A DNA stretch of 64,000 nt from a virus (lineage: Duplodnaviria > Heunggongvirae > Uroviricota > Caudoviricetes): IMG/VR virus record IMGVR_UViG_3300043219_000435, one strand, 5' to 3'. This document shows, piece after piece, positions 58,594 to 64,000 of the stretch. The notes below the pieces were generated by a model that ran no database searches, was not told the origin of the DNA, and worked only from the letters and a program-made list of their open reading frames with translations. Positions within the stretch are counted from its first letter, which is position 1. Every line of letters starts with the position of its first letter. Both the position numbers and the translations under genes were made by a program.

Positions 58594-59211
58594 TTATGGA
58601 TTTGTTTGAAATCCAAATGAGTGCAACAGGTCGCCAAGATCTTCATTTGATCCTTGACCTTGTGGGTGGAATTTCCACGCATCATTCTTTTTGTAAATTT
58701 CAAATACTCTCATGAATTTGAATTGACTATAATCTTCAGTAAGATCATACTCAACCAATTTTTCACCACTTGCATCATCAACAATACTAATTTGAGCGTT
58801 AACAGCTTGACCAAGATTCAAACCTGTCTGACCTTCTTTTTCATCAATTGAAATAAAGAAAGCGATTTTTGCTTTTGGTACTGTAGAAAGTTTTGCAACG
58901 ATTTCTTCAACTGAAAGACCGTCAGTTCCACCGTCAAGAACATCACCTGAGTGCATGATTGCACCTTCAGCAATAATTTTCTTGCCATCAGAATTTACAG
59001 TTTCGGTATTATAAAACAATAAATCCTCTGCACATAACATTTTGTCATTTTCATCAAGCATGATTGCAGATAAATCCAAATCAATTGCTTCAGTCATTGC
59101 AGGACTTTTTCCCCAACTTAAAACAGCTTTTACTTTGTCAAGTCCTGGAAGTGCTTTTGTAAGGTCGATTCTTACACCAGTTTGTGCTTTTTGTAAATTA
59201 ATTACAGTCAT
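58594..59211 (-). CDS. TerD-family protein (TerZ/TerE-like)
   Basis: VRIDLTK..LDLSAIMLD...GDVLDGGTDG...KFMRVFEIYKKNDAWKF matches the TerD fold signature. Confidence 0.7.
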   Translation of the reverse strand: MTVINLQKAQTGVRIDLTKALPGLDKVKAVLSWGKSPAMTEAIDLDLSAIMLDENDKMLCAEDLLFYNTETVNSDGKKIIAEGAIMHSGDVLDGGTDGLSVEEIVAKLSTVPKAKIAFFISIDEKEGQTGLNLGQAVNAQISIVDDASGEKLVEYDLTEDYSQFKFMRVFEIYKKNDAWKFHPQGQGSNEDLGDLLHSFGFQTNP

Positions 59212-59263
59212 ATTATTTCCCTTCCTAAATCATTTGAGGCCGAAGCCCCAAACGATAAGTTAA

Positions 59264-59740
59264 TTAAGCTTCTTCTGTGTCTGCAACGTCTTCAGTTGTT
59301 TCTACAGTAGTTTCAGTAACAGTTTCTTCTACAACAGTTTCTTCTGCTTCAACAGCAGGGAGAAGTGCATAAAGTTCGTCAAGAGCAGGATCAATTGATG
59401 TTGCTTTAGCTTTGATCTCTCTAAGAAGAGCTTGTTCGTTGTCATCTAATGAACCATCACCAGAGATTTTGTCAAACAGATATTTTGCTTCGTCTGCATC
59501 AACAACACCTGGAGTTTTTTCATCAGCAAGAACACCATCAGTAATAGCTTTAACAAATAGAGTTTTGAATGATGAATCGAAGTTGCCACTTTCTGAAACA
59601 GCATCATTGAGATCAAAAAGAACATCCATTTCTTCTTTATCAACAATACCATCTGCATAGATAGTAGTTTCGAGTTGTTTTACTTCTTCTGCGTCAATTT
59701 TACCGTCAGCAAGTATATCTTCTTTTAATTTTTGTAACAT
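59264..59740 (-). CDS. terB: TerB-family protein
   Basis: Repeated DG.ID.EE...L acidic helical motifs typical of TerB. Confidence 0.55.
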   Translation of the reverse strand: MLQKLKEDILADGKIDAEEVKQLETTIYADGIVDKEEMDVLFDLNDAVSESGNFDSSFKTLFVKAITDGVLADEKTPGVVDADEAKYLFDKISGDGSLDDNEQALLREIKAKATSIDPALDELYALLPAVEAEETVVEETVTETTVETTEDVADTEEA

Positions 59741-59808
59741 AAGTTACTCCTTTTTCGTTATTAGGTTAAAAGCGCATTTAACCCTGCGCTACAGGTTAAT
59801 TTTTTTGA

Positions 59809-60489
59809 TTAGTTCATCAATCCACGAAGTCTTCCCATAATCCCACCACCGGAATTACTAGAAGATGAATCTTGACTTGGAGTAGAACCGGAACTATAAT
59901 CTTTTGATGCAATAGCTCGTTCCATTTCTGCAATATTATTATGATTTGTAGCAATACCGAGGGCATTGAATTTCCATTCACCATTGTGACGATATACTTC
60001 ACCAAAGAAAAGGGCTTTATTGTCAGCAACAGATTTATCATCACTCAAAGTAAACTGATATAAATCTTTTTTAGAATCTGCATTTGAAAGACGAATCCAT
60101 GCATTTTTAAGATCTTTGAATTTGAAACCACTACTAAAAGTATTCATTATGATAACACATTTATCAACATCAGCAGCTACAGAATCAAAAATAACATCAA
60201 TTTTTTCATTTGGTGCATCAGCTCTTCCACCACCATCCAAATCGTCACCATGATGCTTAACACCTCTACATGAACTATTAAATTTTTGATATGAAACGGT
60301 TTCTTTAACTTTACCATCAGCTTTAACTAATACAATAGAAGCATCAAGATCGATTGTTCCCATTCCTTTTTTAGCCCAACCCATTCCCAACTGAAGTTTC
60401 TTCAAACCATCATGTTTTTTAGTAAGATCAATTCGTTGACCTTTATCTATTTTCTCTAAATTAATTACACTCATATGCACTCCTACCAA
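59809..60489 (-). CDS. terD: TerD tellurite-resistance-family protein
   Basis: QRIDLTK..IDLDASIVL..HGDDLDGGG...IDVIFDSV...FGEVYRHNGEWKFNALG. Confidence 0.8.
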   Translation of the reverse strand: MVGVHMSVINLEKIDKGQRIDLTKKHDGLKKLQLGMGWAKKGMGTIDLDASIVLVKADGKVKETVSYQKFNSSCRGVKHHGDDLDGGGRADAPNEKIDVIFDSVAADVDKCVIIMNTFSSGFKFKDLKNAWIRLSNADSKKDLYQFTLSDDKSVADNKALFFGEVYRHNGEWKFNALGIATNHNNIAEMERAIASKDYSSGSTPSQDSSSSNSGGGIMGRLRGLMN

Positions 60490-60575
60490 TTAAATTTTTA
60501 TTTCCGTTATACCATATTAAGTATTAATTTTTTGTCAGTCAATATATTTTTTAAATATTATTACTTTAGTTGTAA

Positions 60576-60603
60576 ATAAAAAAAAGACACTCAAAAGAGT
60601 GCC
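60576..60603 (-). terminator. rho-independent terminator (minus strand)
   Basis: GGCACTCTTTTGAGTGTC hairpin followed by T8 on the minus strand. Confidence 0.5.
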
Positions 60604-60630
60604 TTATAATCAGACGAATATCATGTACAA

Positions 60631-60713
60631 AGTTTTGATAGGATTTGAACCTATAGTTACTTGGCGTTAACCAAGTAGCCGGTTTATGAGACCAGTGCGT
60701 TTACCAATTTCGC
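60631..60713 (-). ncRNA. tRNA-like element (canonical arm order, CAU anticodon loop, extra variable-arm hairpin, mismatched acceptor)
   Basis: D-arm GCG-AAATTGGTAAA-CGC, anticodon arm CTGGT-CTCATAA-ACCGG, hairpin ACTTGG..CCAAGT, T-arm ATAGG-TTCAAAT-CCTAT; the complementary 5' strand GGTTTTG lies about 35 nt upstream of the D-arm. Confidence 0.4.
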
Positions 60714-60855
60714 TACGATGTAATTGTACATTGCAGTACTGATTAATCAAAACCTGGACTGTAGTTATATAATAATGAAATTATAAAAATTAACTACAGC
60801 CAGGATTTTCAATCATATAAATGGGTAAAAGTCAAAATAAGCGTTTTCTCCCGTT

Positions 60856-60911
60856 GCTCTACCAACTGAGCTACTTGCCCCCGTTATGGGCAAAGATGGA
60901 TTTGAACCACC
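60856..60911 (-). ncRNA. circularly permuted tRNA-like module B (YrlA-type Y-RNA-like)
   Basis: Minus-sense T-arm GGTGG-TTCAAAT-CCATC, acceptor 3' TTTGCCC, loop ATAAC, acceptor 5' GGGCAAG, TA, D-arm GCTC-AGTTGGTA-GAGC; preceded by the GTGTTGCAG..AGATACTTCG box. Confidence 0.5.
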
Positions 60912-61005
60912 GACACACAGCTTTACATACGAAGTATCTTATTCCTGCAACACCATTTAAAACATAAAAAAATTATAGGAAAAAATCAATCAGAGAGAAT
61001 ATCGT

Positions 61006-61061
61006 GCTCTACCAACTGAGCTATTCCCCCATGTTACGGGGAAAGATGGACTCGAACCACC
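61006..61061 (-). ncRNA. circularly permuted tRNA-like module C
   Basis: T-arm GGTGG-TTCGAGT-CCATC, TTTCCCC, G TAACAT, GGGGGAA, TA, GCTC-AGTTGGTA-GAGC; same flanking box. Confidence 0.5.
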
Positions 61062-61218
61062 GGCCACGTCGTTAAAAGCGAAGTAACTCTAATCTGCATC
61101 ACTACAATTTTTTTTATCACTCTCTAATCTTTGATCTACATAATAAAGAACATGATCTCAGAATGATAAAAATCAAATAAATAAATGGGTAAAAATCGTT
61201 AAGAGAATCTATATCGTT

Positions 61219-61275
61219 GCTCTACCAGACTGAGCTATCTCCCCACGTTACGGGGAAAGGTGGATTCGAACCACC
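61219..61275 (-). ncRNA. circularly permuted tRNA-like module D
   Basis: T-arm GGTGG-TTCGAAT-CCACC, TTTCCCC, G TAACGT, GGGGAGA, TA, GCTC-AGTCTGGTA-GAGC; same flanking box. Confidence 0.5.
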
Positions 61276-61381
61276 GACACACGGCTCCTAATGCGAAGTA
61301 ACTCTACACTGCAACACCATTTATTTAATATTTTAAAAATACAATAAAAAGAATGGTAAAAATCAATATAACAAATTTTTT

Positions 61382-61434
61382 TCTCTACCAATTGAGCTAT
61401 ATCCCCCTGGGGGAACAATCGGACTCGAACCGAT
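61382..61434 (-). ncRNA. circularly permuted tRNA-like module E (short loop)
   Basis: T-arm ATCGG-TTCGAGT-CCGAT, TGTTCCC, CCA, GGGGGATA, D-arm GCTC-AATTGGTA-GAGA; variant flanking box. Confidence 0.4.
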
Positions 61435-61541
61435 AACCTTTTGTATTTCAAACAATCGAAGTAAGTCATATTTGCAACACATTCTTTTTATTTTATTCTT
61501 AAAAAATTAGTAGGTAAAAAACGTAATAAGTGGTCTTTTGT

Positions 61542-61611
61542 TTACAATACCGGGATTGAACCAGTAACGTTTGATTAGCTATCAAATGCTCTACCAGTTG
61601 AGCAAATTGTA
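61542..61611 (-). ncRNA. tRNA-like element, canonical order but atypical (A33 in anticodon loop TAGCTAA, terminal acceptor mismatch)
   Basis: D-arm GCTC-AACTGGTA-GAGC, anticodon arm TTTGA-TAGCTAA-TCAAA, T-arm ACTGG-TTCAATC-CCGGT, acceptor GTACAAT/ATTGTAA; preceded by the flanking box. Confidence 0.35.
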
Positions 61612-61797
61612 CGAAGTAACTTATAACTGCAACACTACTAAAAGTTTTAAATTATAATAATCAGGTAAGTATCGAGGATAGTGTCTAGTTTTTTATTTTG
61701 AGAAAAAATTTTTCGAAGTAACTATTCCCTGCAACACTAATTATTATTTTTTATTAATTTCTTATCTATATATAAAGATAATAAAGATCAAAGTTAT

Positions 61798-61833
61798 AGT
61801 CAACCATTATCTTTCAAATGGCTGACTTTTTTA
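61798..61833. terminator. hairpin plus T-run abutting the Ro60 stop codon
   Basis: TAGTCAACCA..TGGCTGACT followed by TTTTTT on the plus strand; orientation relative to a transcript is unclear. Confidence 0.35.
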
Positions 61834-61834
61834 A

Positions 61835-63517
61835 TTATAAATCTACAGCATTTACCATGTCAATAATACCATGCTTCATAGTTTCCATTTCAACTACACT
61901 CTTAAGAAGATTATCACTCCATCCGCTAAGATGCATGTAATTATTATTCTTAGGATCTAACTGAGTAGAACTATCATTTGCTGCCAAGTTAAATTCATAA
62001 ACCTTAATTGACTTATTCACTTTAGTTTGATAAGTTTTAAGATCCTGGAACAAACTTGATCCACCATTATATGATCCGTTAAACTGACAATCAGTGAATA
62101 CGAACATTTGATCAACATGTATATTTCGCTTTGTAATATCTTGCATTACAGAAGCAAAATTTGTTGAATGACCAACTGAAGTACTCATGATCTGTTTAAC
62201 TCGATCAAGAGGATTATGTTTACGTTCATCAACTGCTACTATTTTCTCATGATTACCGAAACCATAAATAATTGATTTATCACAATACTGTTGCGCCAAT
62301 GAACCCATAACAGCACCGATTTCCATATAAGTAACAGATCCTTCTGCAGACAAAAGAGTATTCATAGAAGCTGACAAATCAACAGCAATTACGGTATTAC
62401 CATTCATCTTTGGTACATTCTTACCGGAATGCCATAATGCTTTATTAAGAGCACTTAAATAACGATCCCTGACAGTTCTAGTGTTTTCAGTGCCAGACCC
62501 ACCATATTTAGAATCGAAGGGATCTGTATTTTTATGTCCCCAACCACTCGTATTATATCCAGAGTTTCCACCAATAGCTTTATACGCACTCCAATATCTG
62601 AAAGGGAATTGTTTGCCTTTTTCTACTGCAGTCTCATTGGATAAAAACTGAAGTGCCATTCTATGTGCTTCTTCTGACAAACCACTTTCAATGATGTTAC
62701 GAATATTTCTTAACAAAGCCATATAAGGAAGTTTTTTAGCAAGAATTAATTGTTCCCAATTATCTTTTTTGGCAGCATCAACTTCTTTTTTCACTTCAGT
62801 TTTAGTCTTACCTTTTTTATCAATCTGACCGGCACCTGAAATTTTATTTTCCCAGGTATTTGCTTTCTCAAGAGTACCGTTCATAAATTTCTTCCAAAGC
62901 TCAGCTTGATCAGAATCAATTGGTTTAGGTCTAAGAATTCTGAAAATATCTCTCAATTTAACTTCTTTCTTAGCAGCTTTGTATTTGTCCAACTGATAAG
63001 CATCAAATTTTGAAATAGAATTTTGTAAACCAATTCTCAATTGTTTTGAAAGTTTTTTCTTGATATGTCTAGAACCATGTACAGTTGTTTTTTCTTTACT
63101 GTAATTATAAATCAAGTAAGAGATAATTTCTGTAATATCATCAACACGACAAGTAACTCTTTCAGCAACAGTTTTAACAACTGAAGTATCAACATCTTCT
63201 TTTTCATTTAACTTAGAAACAATTCTTGAAAGTTCCGCAGTCAATACATGAGAAACACTTCTTAGATTAAACTTTTCACGGCTTAATACAGCAAGTTTAG
63301 CAAGAAATACAGGATCTTCTTTACCGACTTTGTCGATAAGTTTATGTAGTTCTTTATCAGATTTGTATCCGCTTTTATAAAATTTATCTTGACCATAGAA
63401 ACACGTTAAAACTCTATCACACAAATCTTGATAGATAGATTTTTCAAATGCTTTTACTCCATCACATGAAGTAGTCATTTTACGTGTTTTTTTCGGAGTG
63501 GTATTAAACTTAGACAT
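61835..63517 (-). CDS. rsr: Ro60/TROVE-domain protein (Rsr orthologue) with a C-terminal vWA/MIDAS domain
   Basis: 560 aa; a helical TROVE-like N-terminal two-thirds and a C-terminal VIAVDLSASM (DxSxS MIDAS)...T...D vWA; adjacent to the tRNA-like RNA cluster, with rtcB in the same genome region. Confidence 0.6.
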   Translation of the reverse strand: MSKFNTTPKKTRKMTTSCDGVKAFEKSIYQDLCDRVLTCFYGQDKFYKSGYKSDKELHKLIDKVGKEDPVFLAKLAVLSREKFNLRSVSHVLTAELSRIVSKLNEKEDVDTSVVKTVAERVTCRVDDITEIISYLIYNYSKEKTTVHGSRHIKKKLSKQLRIGLQNSISKFDAYQLDKYKAAKKEVKLRDIFRILRPKPIDSDQAELWKKFMNGTLEKANTWENKISGAGQIDKKGKTKTEVKKEVDAAKKDNWEQLILAKKLPYMALLRNIRNIIESGLSEEAHRMALQFLSNETAVEKGKQFPFRYWSAYKAIGGNSGYNTSGWGHKNTDPFDSKYGGSGTENTRTVRDRYLSALNKALWHSGKNVPKMNGNTVIAVDLSASMNTLLSAEGSVTYMEIGAVMGSLAQQYCDKSIIYGFGNHEKIVAVDERKHNPLDRVKQIMSTSVGHSTNFASVMQDITKRNIHVDQMFVFTDCQFNGSYNGGSSLFQDLKTYQTKVNKSIKVYEFNLAANDSSTQLDPKNNNYMHLSGWSDNLLKSVVEMETMKHGIIDMVNAVDL

Positions 63518-64000
63518 CGCACAGCTCCTTTTAATTAGTTTTAAACCGACACATTCGGTTTGTTAATATAAGTATAGCAACTTTTATATTAACCGTCAAT
63601 ACTTTTAAGTAACTAATTTCATTTTATATAAATTGGAGTGTAATTACATTAATATTTTCAATAAATTTAAACTTATTATCATAATGATCTATATGCATCA
63701 TTTCATGAATATAGATTTTATCCTTATTAATAATTTTATAATAATGAACCACAACATTGTAGTTATTTTGTAACGCGAAATCTTTTGAATACATGGCTAA
63801 TCCTTAATAGAGATTATATACTAAGTTATTTATTTAACGTTGTCAATAAATTTATAAATATAATATAAGGATGAGACCTGAGAGGCAGAATGAATACTTT
63901 AACTAAAGTAGATTTTAAAGAATTAATAGCACAATTTATAAATTTATACGGACAGAATTTTATATGGTTTATTATAATTTTTATTTCTTTTTTCTTTTTA

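Noticed and set aside
60600-61700. Reading the cluster as ordinary tandem tRNA genes, or as intron-containing tandem tRNAs
   Set aside because: The D-arms lie downstream of the T-arms within each unit. Complementarity between adjacent acceptor strands is perfect for modules B to D, while pairing the 5' half of C with the 3' half of B gives an internal G-G mismatch. No contiguous canonical tRNA can be assembled for B to E.

Overview
This window is an AT-rich (about 30% GC), gene-dense stretch of small ORFs that looks like an accessory or early region of a large (jumbo-type) bacteriophage. No capsid, tail or terminase genes are recognisable here.

Most coding capacity is short hypothetical proteins, many cysteine-rich, membrane-anchored or lipoprotein-like. 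Signal peptides, lipoboxes and a C-terminal-Trp beta-barrel suggest a diderm host, and most genes carry AGGA-type ribosome-binding sites.

Auxiliary genes I can recognise:
- Translation and RNA repair: EF-Ts, a PTH2-type peptidyl-tRNA hydrolase, RtcB RNA ligase, Tpt1/KptA 2'-phosphotransferase, a HAD-type phosphatase, a Pol-beta-type nucleotidyltransferase and an RlmN/Cfr-like radical-SAM methyltransferase.
- Cofactor and nucleotide metabolism: NAD-dependent DNA ligase, a Sir2 homologue, a Nudix hydrolase, a SpoT-like HD (p)ppGpp hydrolase, and a complete phosphopantothenate-to-CoA module (coaB, coaC, coaD-coaE fusion).
- Membrane stress module: flotillin (SPFH), NfeD, a PspA/IM30-like protein and a DUF4097/LiaG-like repeat protein.
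- Ion and tellurite module: a Ca2+/cation antiporter followed by TerD, TerB and a TerD-like protein.

Three observations stand out:
1. A Ro60/TROVE (Rsr) orthologue sits beside a 1.1-kb cluster of tRNA-derived modules. Several modules are arranged as T-arm, acceptor 3' strand, short loop, acceptor 5' strand, D-arm, which is the architecture of YrlA-type Y RNAs. Four further 110-160-nt tRNA-like RNAs are dispersed elsewhere, all with covarying terminal helices.
2. A 9-mer, AACTAAAGT and its complement ACTTTAGTT, occurs more than 100 times where about two are expected. It sits at most gene junctions, often as inverted pairs, sometimes with an upstream GTCAATA box, and is frequently embedded in coding sequence.
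3. A family of at least 17 hypervariable small proteins shares a conserved N-terminus (..HLDTLV.P..) and C-terminus (..GWEV). Most lie in tandem arrays in which one ~45-bp repeat encodes the C-terminus, RBS, overlapping stop/start and the next N-terminus.

Two canonical tRNA(CCA) genes are each followed by a paralogous MKYRI-type small gene.
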